Source: an uncultured Bacteroidales bacterium
GTDB taxonomy: Bacteria > Bacteroidota > Bacteroidia > Bacteroidales > PUMT01
Length of the DNA stretch: 64,000 bases
NCBI GenBank assembly: GCA_964421595.1
Contig: CAYQXY010000001.1
Coordinates: 447-64,446, forward strand
Direction: 5' to 3'
The notes under the pieces are model-generated. The model ran no database searches and was not told where the DNA came from. It saw only the letters and a list, made by a program, of their open reading frames with translations. Both the position numbers and the translations under genes were made by a program. Below are positions 16,943 through 29,308 of the stretch, in pieces; the stretch's first letter is position 1, and the number at the start of each line of letters is the position of its first letter.

Positions 16943-19900
16943 TCATTCAGGTCCTAAACCTGGTTTTACACCTATTATTAAAATATCATCTACCTGCTCA
17001 TGGCCATCCATCCACTGCATTATACTCTGATCCAGAACCAATTCCTGTTCAGAAGTTGGCAATGTGTGAATATTCAACAAAAGATGCCGGAACCGTCTGT
17101 ACTTGAACTTTTTCCCCTCTTCTCCGCCAAACTGGTCCGGGTAACCATCGGAGAAAAGATAGATCATGTCATCCTTCATCAAATCTATACTATGGTTCTC
17201 AAAAGGCTCATCAATAAGATCTTCCATCAACCCTACTGAAAACCGGTTACCCTTGATCTCCATAATTGATTTATTTCTTACAAGGTACATTGGTGAAAAT
17301 GCACCGGAAAACTCCAGTTTAGCGAGTTTTATGTCGATAACGCAGAACCCTATATCCATGCCATCACGAAATGTAAAGTCATTTTCTCCTTCAGAGTTAA
17401 AAATACCTGAAAAATCATTATTTAATTCATTAAGTATCTCAGAAGGCTTTTCAATTCCTTTAATATTAATGATATTCCTCAAAAGCTCATAACCGATTAT
17501 TGACATAAAGGCACCGGGTACCCCATGTCCGGTGCAATCAATTACTGCAAAAAACACCTTGTCATTTCTCTGATTTACCCAGTAGAAATCGCCGCTAACA
17601 ATATCCTTAGGTTTATAAAAAACAAAAGATTCCGGAAATATCCGCCTGAAATGCCTGGAAGTTGGCATCATGGCCAGCTGGATCCTTTTAGCGTAGTTGA
17701 TACTGTCAGTAATACTGCGGTTTTTTAATATCAACTCCTCTCTTTGACGGGAAATTTCAGTTGATGCCTGCTCCTTTTCTCTAAGTACCTGATTGGCCAG
17801 GCGCAATCTTCTTGTGCTGGACAATATTATCAGATAAACCAGTAAGAGAAGTAAAAATGAAACTGAAATATATGCATACACTGTTCTCCACCAGGGTGTA
17901 ACTATCACAATACGCAACGAAATACCGTCCTCATTCCACACATTATCATTATTGGCCCCCCTGACATGCAGGACATAGGTTCCTGAGGGAAGTTTTGTAA
18001 AAACGGCCATTCTTCTGGTGCCGGCATTTATCCAGCTATCATCGAAACCCTCAAGCTTATATGCATAGCGGTTTTTTGCCGGCCTGGTGAAATCAAGGGC
18101 AGCAAATTCAACACTGAAGGAGTTTTCCTCCGGCTGAAGAACTACCTCATTTTTGCCGCAAACAATAACACTTTTGTTACCCTGAGGCGACATGACTTCA
18201 AATGAGGTAAAGACAACCTGAGGTATGTGTGTATTTATACTCAGCAAATCAGGATAAAACGAATTTAATCCATCCACCCCACCAAAAAAAAGTTCGCCGG
18301 ACGATGATTTAAAACGGGCTCCAAGGTTGAATTCATAATTCTGCAAACCATCGGCAATATCAAAAGAAGATACATCAAAGCTTTGCGGGTCAAATCTGGC
18401 AAGCCCGTGATTGGTACTTATCCATATAAAACTATTGTCATCTTCCAGCACTGAATAAATAAGGTTATTGGGGAGTCCCTCTATTTCTGAAAAAACCATG
18501 AACGACCCGGTATTCCGAAAGAAACGGTTCAGCCCCGCCACTGATCCTATCCACATATTCCCTTTGGAATCTTCAAGCAATGATGTCAAATGGTTATTGC
18601 TCAGACTAAAACGTCCCATCTCGGGATCTTTACGGTAATTGATGAAAGTTTTCGTTTCCCTGTCAAACCTGTTTAGTCCATCTGCTGTTGCAACCCATAA
18701 ATAACCTTGCCTGCATTCAAGGATATCATTAACATGGTTGGAAGATATGCTTTTTTCATCCTGTGGATTATTATAGTAACTGACTATTGTGTCATCCTTT
18801 ATTGCATGCAGACCATACCGGGTTCCAACCCAGATTACCTGATGTGCATCTTCAATAATGGAATAAACCCTGTTTGATTTAAATATATCACAGTCTTCCT
18901 GGTTGACAGAAGGGCAAAAGGGTATGAACGCTGATCGGCCACTGCTATAAATATCAAGACCGTCTCTGGTACCAAGTATCATCCTGCCTTTTGAATCGAC
19001 GAAAATAACATGGACGAAATTGTTTGATATCCTTGTCGATCTCGTTTCAGAAAAACTTGAATAATGAATAATTTCACCATTTACCCTGTTTAATAAATAC
19101 AATCCCCCTCCCCATGTACCGAGCCATATCCTCTCGGGGCCGGCAGGATAAATTGATGCAATGAACCGTGCCGATGGTGGGGCATCCGGCATATAATCAT
19201 GTATACGGTATGTATTGAATTTGCTTTTTGAATCGAGCATATATAACCCACCCAGCGTACCCACCCAAATATTACCCGACCCATCCTCAAGTATCGCAGA
19301 AACTTCCAGGTCAAAACCTGGTTTTTCATACAATGGTTTAAACTTGCCGGATTCGGCACTGAATGTGAACAGCCCGGCATCGGTTCCAACCCAGATGGTT
19401 TCGCGGGAGTCCTCATATATGAAGTTAATTATATTAGTTTCTAACCGCCCATCCTCGTATGGGTCCAGATAATAAGTCCGGAAAGCCCTGCTTTCGCTGT
19501 CAAAAAAATTTAAGCCATTATCTGTTCCAACCAGCAGATTGCCCTTTGCAGTTTCAAAAATCGTTCTGATCATGTTGCTGCTTATTGTACCTTGTTGATG
19601 GGAAGAATAGGAAAACCTGGTAAATTCTTCTGCCTGACGGTCAAATAAAAATAAGCCATCCTTTGAACCAATCCATAACCTTCCTGCACTGTCTTCATAC
19701 ATTGAATAGTGAACAGGACCCGAAACATAATTAAACACATCAGAGTAATGCTTAAAATGCCTGAAAGTACCTGATTCAGGATCAAAACTATCGACACCCT
19801 CTTCTGTCTTCACCCATATTATACCTCCGCTGTCCTGGTAAACACAGTGAACTATATTTGAACTTATCGAGCCGGGATTGTCCGGCTCATGATGGTAAGC

Positions 19901-20332
19901 TATAAAGGTGCCGGAATTTCTGTCGAAAGTATTCAGACCATACTGAGTACCAACCCAAATATTTCCGCTCCTGTCTTCAATTACAGAATTAATATTACTG
20001 TTTGAGAGGGAGTTTGGATCTGAAGGCTGGTGACGATATACTTTAAAATCATACCCATCAAACTTGTTCAAACCATCCTGTGTCCCAATCCATAAAAATC
20101 CATGAGAGTCACGTATTATGCAGTTAACCGAGATTTGTGACAATCCGTGCTCCAGGCGGTAATCGACAACACGCCAGTTATTCTGAGCCCCGAGTAATGA
20201 ACCTGCCGATACAAGTAACAGCATGATCACCCCTCTGATAGCCCATACAGAATATTCCTTCCGGCCCGTGAAATAATCGCGTGGATAATCGGGAAACAAT
20301 AATTTACCGAGGAGTTTTCTACAATAGTTCAC
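16943..20332 (-). CDS. Beta-propeller (Reg_prop) + Y_Y_Y sensor fused via one TM to a SpoIIE/PP2C phosphatase
   Basis: Many D..G.IW(I/V)GT..GL repeats, then YAYKLEG..W..Y.LHVRGAN, a TM, and PKDIVSGDFYW, DCTGHGVPGAFMS, FSDGYPDQFGG and QVDDI. Start uncertain (could be ~20224). Confidence 0.9.
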   Translation of the reverse strand: MNYCRKLLGKLLFPDYPRDYFTGRKEYSVWAIRGVIMLLLVSAGSLLGAQNNWRVVDYRLEHGLSQISVNCIIRDSHGFLWIGTQDGLNKFDGYDFKVYRHQPSDPNSLSNSNINSVIEDRSGNIWVGTQYGLNTFDRNSGTFIAYHHEPDNPGSISSNIVHCVYQDSGGIIWVKTEEGVDSFDPESGTFRHFKHYSDVFNYVSGPVHYSMYEDSAGRLWIGSKDGLFLFDRQAEEFTRFSYSSHQQGTISSNMIRTIFETAKGNLLVGTDNGLNFFDSESRAFRTYYLDPYEDGRLETNIINFIYEDSRETIWVGTDAGLFTFSAESGKFKPLYEKPGFDLEVSAILEDGSGNIWVGTLGGLYMLDSKSKFNTYRIHDYMPDAPPSARFIASIYPAGPERIWLGTWGGGLYLLNRVNGEIIHYSSFSETRSTRISNNFVHVIFVDSKGRMILGTRDGLDIYSSGRSAFIPFCPSVNQEDCDIFKSNRVYSIIEDAHQVIWVGTRYGLHAIKDDTIVSYYNNPQDEKSISSNHVNDILECRQGYLWVATADGLNRFDRETKTFINYRKDPEMGRFSLSNNHLTSLLEDSKGNMWIGSVAGLNRFFRNTGSFMVFSEIEGLPNNLIYSVLEDDNSFIWISTNHGLARFDPQSFDVSSFDIADGLQNYEFNLGARFKSSSGELFFGGVDGLNSFYPDLLSINTHIPQVVFTSFEVMSPQGNKSVIVCGKNEVVLQPEENSFSVEFAALDFTRPAKNRYAYKLEGFDDSWINAGTRRMAVFTKLPSGTYVLHVRGANNDNVWNEDGISLRIVIVTPWWRTVYAYISVSFLLLLLVYLIILSSTRRLRLANQVLREKEQASTEISRQREELILKNRSITDSINYAKRIQLAMMPTSRHFRRIFPESFVFYKPKDIVSGDFYWVNQRNDKVFFAVIDCTGHGVPGAFMSIIGYELLRNIINIKGIEKPSEILNELNNDFSGIFNSEGENDFTFRDGMDIGFCVIDIKLAKLEFSGAFSPMYLVRNKSIMEIKGNRFSVGLMEDLIDEPFENHSIDLMKDDMIYLFSDGYPDQFGGEEGKKFKYRRFRHLLLNIHTLPTSEQELVLDQSIMQWMDGHEQVDDILIIGVKPGLGPE

Positions 20333-20412
20333 CGGGCTGGGTATGCTTTAGTAAAAAAATAATAACCGCTAATTTACTATTTCTTCGCTTCCGATAACAC
20401 AGATATAATAAA

Positions 20413-20437
20413 AAAACCGGTTTTATAAACCGGTTTT
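20413..20437. terminator. Hairpin, probable intrinsic terminator downstream of citrate synthase
   Basis: aaaaccggttt-tat-aaaccggtttt flanked by A/T tracts. Confidence 0.55.
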
Positions 20438-20629
20438 ATATTGATTTATTCAAACTCAAAATAGTAAACTACCTCATTTCAGGAAGCTGAATGCATATAT
20501 AAGTGAAAAAGCAGCATTTCCTTCAGTTACAATTCTGGCAGATAACTTCCTCAATATGGCTACCCGATCGAAAAAATTATGGTGGATACCATCTATATCA
20601 TGTCTTATTATCAGAACCCTCAATTCCGG

Positions 20630-21934
20630 CTAAATACCTGCCTGCTTTTTAAACCAATCCAAAGGGTGTGACGTTGGTCTCTCTATGGGAAGGCCGTATG
20701 CCCTGTCCCATAATAGCTGGGCAAGAACTCCCAACGCCCTGGATACGCCGAACAGAACTGTATAAAACTCAAACTCCTTGATCCCGTAATGAAGTAAAAG
20801 GACACCAGAACCGGCATCAACATTGGGCCATGGGTTCTTGATCTTACTAATGCTGCCCAATACTTCCGGAACAACTTCATAAAGACATCCAATGGTCTGG
20901 AAAAGAGGATCTTTGGGCAGGTATTTTTTACCGAACTCAAACTGAGCAGTAAACCGCGGATCGGTTTTCCGCAATACTGCGTGTCCATAACCTGGTATTA
21001 CCTTCCCGCTCTCAACCTGGTTAACTACATACTCACGAATCTTGTCCTTATTGTCACATGCTGCCCCAATTTCCTTAAGCATTGCAAGCACCCATCTTAT
21101 AACTTCCTGATTGGCAAACCCATGCAATGGTCCGGCAAGTCCCGTCATACCGGCAGCATACGCATAGTACGGATTACTCAACGCCGATCCTACAAGATGT
21201 GTTGCATGTGCAGAAACATTTCCTCCCTCATGATCAGCATGCAGGAACATATATAGTCTCATGAGCCGGGCAACCTCGTTGCTGTCATGCCCCATCATAT
21301 GTGCCAGGTTAGCAGCCCAGTCGAGCGAAAGATCAGGTTCTATATGCTTGTTGTCATGATAGGCACGTCGGTAAATATATGCTGCAATCCTTGGAAGTCT
21401 TGCAATCAGGTCCATTACATCCTCATAGGTTGAATCCCAGTATTCATTTTTGCCTATCCCATCCATATATGCTTTCTGAAATTTTGAATCGGATGCCATG
21501 CTAAGTATAGCTGCTGAAAACTGTACCATTGGCCTTGCATTCCTGGGAAATGCATCAATAACCTTATAAACGTAATCAGGTAAATCTGATCTTTTGGCCC
21601 ATTCCCTGCTTAAAAATCCGACATCATCCCTGTCCGGTAATTCGTCCAGCAACATAAGGTAAAACAATCCTTCAGGCAAAGGTTCTCCCTCAGGCTGTGC
21701 CTTTGGTAAAATATCCCGAAGCTCCGGTATGGTATAACCCCTGAACCTGATCCCTTCTTCCGGGTCAAGCTTCGAGGTATCTGTAAGCAAACTGACTGTT
21801 CCTTTCATGCCACTCAAAACACTTCCTATCGTTACCTCGCCAAGCTTTGTATCCTGATACTCTGTAACAAGAGTTTTAAATTCAGCAACTTTTGGTAAAG
21901 CTTTATCAACAAACTTCTTTTTTATCTGATCCAT
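20630..21934 (-). CDS. gltA: Citrate (Si)-synthase, eukaryote-like type
   Basis: Motifs DPEEGIRFRG, EPLPEGLF, HADHEGGNVSAH, GLAGPLHGFANQEV, VIPGYGHAVLRKTDPRF and KNPWPNVDA. Start set at MDQIKK. Confidence 0.95.
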   Translation of the reverse strand: MDQIKKKFVDKALPKVAEFKTLVTEYQDTKLGEVTIGSVLSGMKGTVSLLTDTSKLDPEEGIRFRGYTIPELRDILPKAQPEGEPLPEGLFYLMLLDELPDRDDVGFLSREWAKRSDLPDYVYKVIDAFPRNARPMVQFSAAILSMASDSKFQKAYMDGIGKNEYWDSTYEDVMDLIARLPRIAAYIYRRAYHDNKHIEPDLSLDWAANLAHMMGHDSNEVARLMRLYMFLHADHEGGNVSAHATHLVGSALSNPYYAYAAGMTGLAGPLHGFANQEVIRWVLAMLKEIGAACDNKDKIREYVVNQVESGKVIPGYGHAVLRKTDPRFTAQFEFGKKYLPKDPLFQTIGCLYEVVPEVLGSISKIKNPWPNVDAGSGVLLLHYGIKEFEFYTVLFGVSRALGVLAQLLWDRAYGLPIERPTSHPLDWFKKQAGI

Positions 21935-22031
21935 ATTTATGTTTATTAGCATATTATAATATTTATAAAGCTAACAAAAATCATCAATTATGCCAAATTT
22001 TATTTTTTTATACCCGGCACACCCCATCAAT

Positions 22032-22069
22032 AAAAAAAGGCTGTCTTATTTCTGAGACAGCCTTTTTTT
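22032..22069. terminator. Intrinsic terminator after eno
   Basis: A7-ggctgtct-loop-agacagcc-T7. Confidence 0.85.
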
Positions 22070-22086
22070 AAAACAAATAACAAATA

Positions 22087-23379
<1,293 letters not shown>

Positions 23380-23420
23380 TTATTAGTTTTTAAATTGTAA
23401 ATAAAATATTTATCTGCAAA

Positions 23421-23454
23421 AAAAGGATAAGGAATAAACCATCCTTATCCTTTT
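23421..23454. terminator. Intrinsic terminator ending the ribosomal superoperon
   Basis: aaaaggataagga-N8-tccttatcctttt, ~60 nt after the rplQ stop. Confidence 0.75.
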
Positions 23455-23514
23455 CAAATAATGTGCAATATTTCTTTTGCTGCGGTAATCCGAACCGCTA
23501 TTAATATCTGCCTG

Positions 23515-24336
23515 TTATTCTCCGGCAGGTTTCTCTGATTTGTTGTCGTCGTCTTCCTTCTTCTTATCTTTGGCAGACTCATCAGCTTCGGGTGTTTCAG
23601 GAGTTTTGTCTTTTGACTCTTTTACCTCTGAGGGTTTATCTTCAACAGCAGTTTCTTCTTCGGGCTTCTCTTCAACGGCAGTTTCTGCTACAGGTTTATC
23701 TTCAACAGCAGCTTCTGCTGCAGGCTTCTCCTCAACCGCTGTCTCTTCAGTAACTACTTCTTTTTCATCTGCACCAGGAGTTTCACCTTTAACAGCTTCG
23801 GCTTTTTCTGCTTCTTTTTCAGAAGTTTTCTGATCTATATCAGCACCCTTTTTTGATGCAGTTTTTTCCTGTTTTCCGGCTGCACCGGCTTCCGCTGTGT
23901 CAGAAGATTTCTTTCCGCGGCCTCTGCGGGAACGTTTTGAAGCAGTTTTAGATTCTTTCTGTGCTTCAAGCATATTCTCATTAAAATCGACAAGCTCAAT
24001 AATACACATGTCAGCATTATCACCAAGCCGTGATCCGGTTTTAAGGATCCTTGTATACCCTCCTGGTCTGTCGGCTACCTTTGGTGAAACTTCACGAAAC
24101 AGTTCAGAAACAGCAACCTTGTCTTTAAGATAGCTAAATACAGTCCTTCTTGAATGGGTGGAATCACTTTTTGATTTTGTAATCAGAGGTTCAACATAAA
24201 CCCTTAAAGCTTTAGCTTTTGCAAGTGTTGTTGATATCCGTTTATGGAGTATCAGGGAAGATGCCATATTGGCAAGCATTGCTTTTCTGTGAGAACTGGT
24301 TCTGCCCAGATGATTTAATTTCTTTCTATGTCTCAT
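23515..24336 (-). CDS. rplQ: 50S ribosomal protein L17 with a long low-complexity C-terminal extension
   Basis: [14 protein letters not shown] and [15 protein letters not shown]; ~150 extra Lys/Glu/Ala-rich residues. Confidence 0.97.
   Translation of the reverse strand: MRHRKKLNHLGRTSSHRKAMLANMASSLILHKRISTTLAKAKALRVYVEPLITKSKSDSTHSRRTVFSYLKDKVAVSELFREVSPKVADRPGGYTRILKTGSRLGDNADMCIIELVDFNENMLEAQKESKTASKRSRRGRGKKSSDTAEAGAAGKQEKTASKKGADIDQKTSEKEAEKAEAVKGETPGADEKEVVTEETAVEEKPAAEAAVEDKPVAETAVEEKPEEETAVEDKPSEVKESKDKTPETPEADESAKDKKKEDDDNKSEKPAGE
23632..23750. repeat. 30-bp imperfect tandem repeat x4 inside the rplQ tail
   Basis: Encodes [38 protein letters not shown]. Confidence 0.85.
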
Positions 24337-24341
24337 TTCAC

Positions 24342-25334
24342 TTATTCCTTGTCTAATTTATATTTTGATATATCCATCCCAAAGTTGAGGTTCATTGCAT
24401 CCAGCAGCTCATCAAGCTCAGTAAGTGATTTTTTACCGAAATTCCTGAATTTCAACAGATCATTCTTATTGAACTTTACAAGGTCTCCCAGTGTTTCAAC
24501 CTCGGCAGCTTTCAGACAATTCAGTGCCCTGACTGAAAGGTCAAGGTCAACCAGTCTTGATTTGAGAAGCTGCCTCATGTGCAGAACTTCTTCATCAAAT
24601 TCTTCATTGGCAAATTTCTCATCTGTTTCAAGAGTGATCTTCTCGTCGGAAAAGAGCATCAGGTGATAGATAAGGATCTTTGCAGATTCCTTAAGTGCTT
24701 CTTTAGGATGAATTGATCCGTCAGTCTGTATTTCAAAAATCAGCTTTTCATAATCTGTTTTCTGCTCAACCCTGAAATTCTCAACAGTATATTTGACATT
24801 CTTTATAGGAGTAAATATAGAATCTACAGCCACAACGCCAAATTCAGAATCGACAGGCTTATTCTCATCAGAAGGAACATATCCGCGTCCTTTATTGATA
24901 TTCAGTTCAATCTGCAATTTGGTGTCCTGATCCATCCTGCAAATTAACAGATCCGGGTTCAATACCGCAAAGCCATTCAGGAATTTTGAAAGATCGCCTG
25001 CCCTGAACTCTTCCTGTCCGCTAATGGTGACATTTACTTTTTCACCTTCTGAATCTTCAATCTGCTTCTTTAATCTTACCTGCTTAAGGTTAAGAATGAT
25101 TTCCGTTACATCCTCAAGAACTCCGGTAATGGTCGAAAACTCATGATCGACACCGGAAATCTTAATCCAGGTAATAGCATATCCTTCAAGTGAAGAAAGA
25201 AGGACCCTCCTGAGTGTATTACCAATGGTTATACCATATCCTGGTTCAAGCGGACGGAACTCAAACTTACCGTACGTGTCGGTAGATTCAAGCATTATAA
25301 CTTGTTCGGGTTTCTGAAATGTTAATATTGCCAT
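24342..25334 (-). CDS. rpoA: RNA polymerase alpha subunit
   Basis: Motifs [31 protein letters not shown] and NFGKKSL. Confidence 0.98.
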   Translation of the reverse strand: MAILTFQKPEQVIMLESTDTYGKFEFRPLEPGYGITIGNTLRRVLLSSLEGYAITWIKISGVDHEFSTITGVLEDVTEIILNLKQVRLKKQIEDSEGEKVNVTISGQEEFRAGDLSKFLNGFAVLNPDLLICRMDQDTKLQIELNINKGRGYVPSDENKPVDSEFGVVAVDSIFTPIKNVKYTVENFRVEQKTDYEKLIFEIQTDGSIHPKEALKESAKILIYHLMLFSDEKITLETDEKFANEEFDEEVLHMRQLLKSRLVDLDLSVRALNCLKAAEVETLGDLVKFNKNDLLKFRNFGKKSLTELDELLDAMNLNFGMDISKYKLDKE

Positions 25335-25341
25335 TACAATT

Positions 25342-25950
25342 TTATTTTGAGTACAATTCTACAATCAATTGTTCCTTTATGTTTTCGGGAATATCTTCCC
25401 TCTCAGGCATATTCAAAAACCTACCTGTCATTTTATCTGAATCCCATTCTATCCAGGAATATGCATTCCGCTTTCTCCCGCTCAGGGATTCTGTTATGAC
25501 TTCAAGCGATTTGGATTTCTCCCTGACACCTACAAACTCACCGGCTTTAACGATATAGGAAGGAATATTTAAAACCTTTCCGTCTACAGTTATATGTCTG
25601 TGTGAAACCAGCTGTCTCGCACCAGCCCTTGTAGGGGCAATTCCCATACGGAATACTACGTTATCAAGCCTCGACTCCAGTAACTGAAGAAGAGCTTCGC
25701 CGGTTACACTTTTTGAGCGGGATGCCCTTTTGAAAAGATTTAAAAACTGGCGCTCAAGTACACCATAAGTATATTTTGCTTTCTGTTTTTCCTGTAACTG
25801 TACGCCGTACTCTGAGGTTTTTTTTCTTTTCCTCATATTTCCATGCATCCCCGGAGGAAAATTTTTCTTCTCGAATGTCTTGTCGGCACCGAAAATAGGT
25901 TCGCCGAATTTTCTTGCTATTCTGGTTCTTGGTCCTGTATATCTAGCCAT
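25342..25950 (-). CDS. rpsD: 30S ribosomal protein S4
   Basis: Motifs [18 protein letters not shown] and LIVELYSK. Confidence 0.98.
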   Translation of the reverse strand: MARYTGPRTRIARKFGEPIFGADKTFEKKNFPPGMHGNMRKRKKTSEYGVQLQEKQKAKYTYGVLERQFLNLFKRASRSKSVTGEALLQLLESRLDNVVFRMGIAPTRAGARQLVSHRHITVDGKVLNIPSYIVKAGEFVGVREKSKSLEVITESLSGRKRNAYSWIEWDSDKMTGRFLNMPEREDIPENIKEQLIVELYSK

Positions 25951-25991
25951 CTCTTTGAATAAGTTATTTGTTTTGCTGACTCATCAATTAA

Positions 25992-26381
25992 TTATACACG
26001 TCTGCGTTTAGGTGGACGGCACCCGTTATGGGGCAATGGTGTTACATCGACAATCTCTGTAACTTCAATCCCCGAGGTATGAATGGTTCGTATTGCAGAT
26101 TCACGGCCCGAACCGGGACCTTTAACGAATACCTTCACTTTCCGCAACCCAAGATCATAGGCCTTTTTCGCACAATCGGCGGCAGAAACCTGTGCGGCGT
26201 AAGGGGTGTTCTTCTTCGAACCGCGAAAACCGTTTTTCCCCGCCGATGACCATGATATAACCTGTCCGTTATTATTTGTCAGGGTGACGATAATATTGTT
26301 AAATGATGCATGTATATGGGCCTGACCTACAGACTCAACTTTTACAACTCTCTTTTTTGATGTACCTACTTTCTTAGCCAT
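25992..26381 (-). CDS. rpsK: 30S ribosomal protein S11
   Basis: Motifs [16 protein letters not shown] and [13 protein letters not shown]. Confidence 0.98.
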   Translation of the reverse strand: MAKKVGTSKKRVVKVESVGQAHIHASFNNIIVTLTNNNGQVISWSSAGKNGFRGSKKNTPYAAQVSAADCAKKAYDLGLRKVKVFVKGPGSGRESAIRTIHTSGIEVTEIVDVTPLPHNGCRPPKRRRV

Positions 26382-26391
26382 ATTTTAAAGA

Positions 26392-26769
26392 TTATTTAGT
26401 TGCCATTTTTTTGTTGGCAACGGTTTTCTTTCTGCCTTTACGGGTCCTTGCATTATTCTTTGTACTTTGTCCGCGAACCGGTAAACCAATACGATGACGT
26501 ATGCCCCGGTAACAGCCGATGTCCATCAACCTCTTGATATTCATCTGCACAGAGGACCGTAATTCACCCTCTACCTTAAGCTTTTCATTAATAATGGTCC
26601 TGATGCTGGACAACTGATCGTCATCCCAGTCTTTTACCTTAATATTCACATCTATCCCTGCTTCGTTCAGAATCTGAACAGCTGTGCTTCGACCAATTCC
26701 AAAAATATAGGTAAGTCCGATTTCACCTCGTTTGTTTTTTGGTAGATCTACACCGACAATTCTTGCCAT
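26392..26769 (-). CDS. rpsM: 30S ribosomal protein S13
   Basis: Motifs [10 protein letters not shown] and [26 protein letters not shown]. Confidence 0.98.
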   Translation of the reverse strand: MARIVGVDLPKNKRGEIGLTYIFGIGRSTAVQILNEAGIDVNIKVKDWDDDQLSSIRTIINEKLKVEGELRSSVQMNIKRLMDIGCYRGIRHRIGLPVRGQSTKNNARTRKGRKKTVANKKMATK

Positions 26770-26804
26770 AATTTATAATTAATAATTTACAAAATTAAAA
26801 CCAA

Positions 26805-26921
26805 CTACCCTTGTCTTTGTTTGAACTTAGGATTTTTTTTGCTGATTACATATAACCGTCCCTTTCTGCGGACAATTTTACAATCTGCACTTCTCTTCTT
26901 AACGGAGGCTCTTACCTTCAT
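26805..26921 (-). CDS. rpmJ: 50S ribosomal protein L36
   Basis: Not in the ORF track (38 aa). Translated by hand as [38 protein letters not shown], at the expected position between infA and rpsM. Confidence 0.95.
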   Translation of the reverse strand: MKVRASVKKRSADCKIVRRKGRLYVISKKNPKFKQRQG

Positions 26922-26938
26922 ATCTAAGTAGTTTAAAA

Positions 26939-27157
26939 TTATTTATACCTGTAACATATTCTTCCCTTTGACAGATCGTAAGGTGACATCTCCACCTTTA
27001 CCTTATCACCTGGCAGAATTTTAATATAATGCATTCTCATTTTGCCCGATATATGAGCAATAATTGTATGTCCATTCTCCAATTCTACCTTAAACATCGC
27101 GTTGGATAAGGCTTCAACAATTGTACCGTCCTGTTCTATGGCCTTTTGTTTTGCCAT
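26939..27157 (-). CDS. infA: Translation initiation factor IF-1
   Basis: [29 protein letters not shown]. Confidence 0.98.
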   Translation of the reverse strand: MAKQKAIEQDGTIVEALSNAMFKVELENGHTIIAHISGKMRMHYIKILPGDKVKVEMSPYDLSKGRICYRYK

Positions 27158-27945
27158 GGTAACCTTTTGTTTTTTATAATTAATTCTTCTTCAATAAATT
27201 CAAATGTCGACAGTATATCAGCCTTACCTTTTTCAACAACCAGCGCAAGTTCATAATGCGCCGAAGGTTTGTTGTCCCTGGTGCGGATTGTCCAGCCATC
27301 TTCCTCCTGCACAATTGCCTTTCCTCCAAGGTTAATCATTGGTTCTATGCACAGAACCATTCCCGGTTTAAGCATTGAACCTTTTCCTCTTCTCCCGTAA
27401 TTGGGTACTTCAGGTTCTTCATGAAGCTTTGATCCCAATCCGTGCCCTACCATCTCCCTGACCACAGAAAATCCTCCCTGTTCGGCATGCTGTTGAACTG
27501 CATATCCGATATCACCCACACGTTTCCCGGAAACAGCCTGATCAATTCCTTTAAACAGCGATTCATAAGTTATCTTCAGTAATTCTGCAACCTCATGAGT
27601 TAGTTCGCCGACAGCAAACGTATAAGCTGTATCACCATAATAGCCATTCATTTTAACACCACAATCGACCGAAACAATATCACCATCTTTTAGCACATAT
27701 GAAGAGGGTATTCCATGGACAACCTGAGAGTTTACAGAGGTGCAAAGTGTGTTGGGAAATCCGTTGTAACCTTTGAACCCGGGCACTGCATTATGGTCAA
27801 GAATATACTCTTCAGCCAGCCGGTCGAGCTCAAGAGTACTTACTCCAGGTTCGATAACTTTTGCAACTTCTGCAAGTGTTCTGGAAACAAGCAGGTTGCA
27901 CTCCCTCAATATTTCAATGGCTTCACTTTTATTTTCAATCAACAT
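27136..27945 (-). CDS. map: Methionine aminopeptidase type I
   Basis: Motifs [37 protein letters not shown] and SAHYE. Start reassigned to ATG 27945; the 3' end overlaps infA. Confidence 0.95.
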   Translation of the reverse strand: MLIENKSEAIEILRECNLLVSRTLAEVAKVIEPGVSTLELDRLAEEYILDHNAVPGFKGYNGFPNTLCTSVNSQVVHGIPSSYVLKDGDIVSVDCGVKMNGYYGDTAYTFAVGELTHEVAELLKITYESLFKGIDQAVSGKRVGDIGYAVQQHAEQGGFSVVREMVGHGLGSKLHEEPEVPNYGRRGKGSMLKPGMVLCIEPMINLGGKAIVQEEDGWTIRTRDNKPSAHYELALVVEKGKADILSTFEFIEEELIIKNKRLPWQNKRP

Positions 27946-27967
27946 CAAAGAACTTTTATTTATTTGG

Positions 27968-29308
27968 TCAGATCGTTCCCCCGCCACTTCTGCCCTTGAT
28001 CCTGCCAGACTTCATCAATCCGTCGTAATGCCTCATAAGCAGGTGACTTTCAATTTGCTGTAAAGTATCCAGCACAACCCCTACCATAATCAGGAGGGAT
28101 GTACCCCCATAAAACTGTGCCCATTGTGAATTGACCCCGGCAATCATGGCAAAAGCAGGCAGTATGGCTACAAGCGCAAGAAAAATTGATCCCGGAAGAG
28201 TAATTCGCGACATAATGGTATCAAGAAACTCAACAGTTCTCTTTCCGGGTTTGACCCCGGGAATGAATCCTCCGTTCCGTTTCATATCCTCAGCCATCTG
28301 TCCCGGATTAATCGTAACTGCTGTATAAAAATATGTAAATAGTATTATCAGTACTGCAAATGTAAAGTTATACCAAAATCCTGTAAAATCACTGAATGCT
28401 GCTGCAAAACCTGTCATGGTTTCAGTGGGTGCAAAACTGGAAAGGGTAAGCGGTATAAACATCAGTGCCTGGGCAAATATAATCGGCATAACACCGGCAG
28501 AATTCACTTTTAAAGGAATATACTGCCTTACTCCTCCATATTGTTTGTTCCCTACAATTCTTTTTGCATACTGAACCGGGATACGTCTTGTTCCCTGAAC
28601 AAGAAGAATGACTCCCATAAAAATAAAGAACAGCACCACCATCTCGACAATAAACATGATAAGTCCGCCTCCCTGCTGTTGCTCAAGTTTGGCAAAAAAT
28701 TCAGCAAACAAGGCATAAGGCAATCTTGAGATTATACCTACCATGATGATAAGCGAAATTCCGTTCCCGATTCCCTTGTCGGTTATCCGCTCACCCAGCC
28801 ACATAACAAACATGGTACCGGCTATAAGTATAACTACTGATGAAACCCAGAATAGCGGTCCTCCCAGAACAAATGCTTCGGGTGGAAGCTGAACCTGCAG
28901 GTTCCTGAGATATGCAGGACCCTGAAATATCAGAATAAATACGGTCAGATATCTTGTAATCTGATTGATCTTCCTCCTGCCACTCTCACCTTCACGTTGA
29001 AGCCTTTGAAAATATGGAATGGCAATCCCCAATAACTGAACAACGATAGATGCAGAAATATACGGCATTATACCAAGTGCAAAGATCGATGCGTTTGCAA
29101 AAGCACCGCCGGAAAACATATCGAGTAATCCGAGTATCCCATCAGAGGTCTGCTGCTGTAATGCAGCAAGCTGGGAAGGATCGACACCGGGTAACACAAC
29201 AAACGAACCAAGGCGGTAAATAAGCAGTATCCCAAGAGTATATAAAATTCTTGAGCGAAGATCCTCAATCTTAAAAATATTCTTTATAGTTTCAATGAAT
29301 GACTTCAT
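27968..29308 (-). CDS. secY: Preprotein translocase SecY
   Basis: Motifs SIFALGIMPYISASI, WLGERIT.KGIGNGISLII, GGFIPGVKPG and GGTSLLIMVGV. Confidence 0.98.
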   Translation of the reverse strand: MKSFIETIKNIFKIEDLRSRILYTLGILLIYRLGSFVVLPGVDPSQLAALQQQTSDGILGLLDMFSGGAFANASIFALGIMPYISASIVVQLLGIAIPYFQRLQREGESGRRKINQITRYLTVFILIFQGPAYLRNLQVQLPPEAFVLGGPLFWVSSVVILIAGTMFVMWLGERITDKGIGNGISLIIMVGIISRLPYALFAEFFAKLEQQQGGGLIMFIVEMVVLFFIFMGVILLVQGTRRIPVQYAKRIVGNKQYGGVRQYIPLKVNSAGVMPIIFAQALMFIPLTLSSFAPTETMTGFAAAFSDFTGFWYNFTFAVLIILFTYFYTAVTINPGQMAEDMKRNGGFIPGVKPGKRTVEFLDTIMSRITLPGSIFLALVAILPAFAMIAGVNSQWAQFYGGTSLLIMVGVVLDTLQQIESHLLMRHYDGLMKSGRIKGRSGGGTI

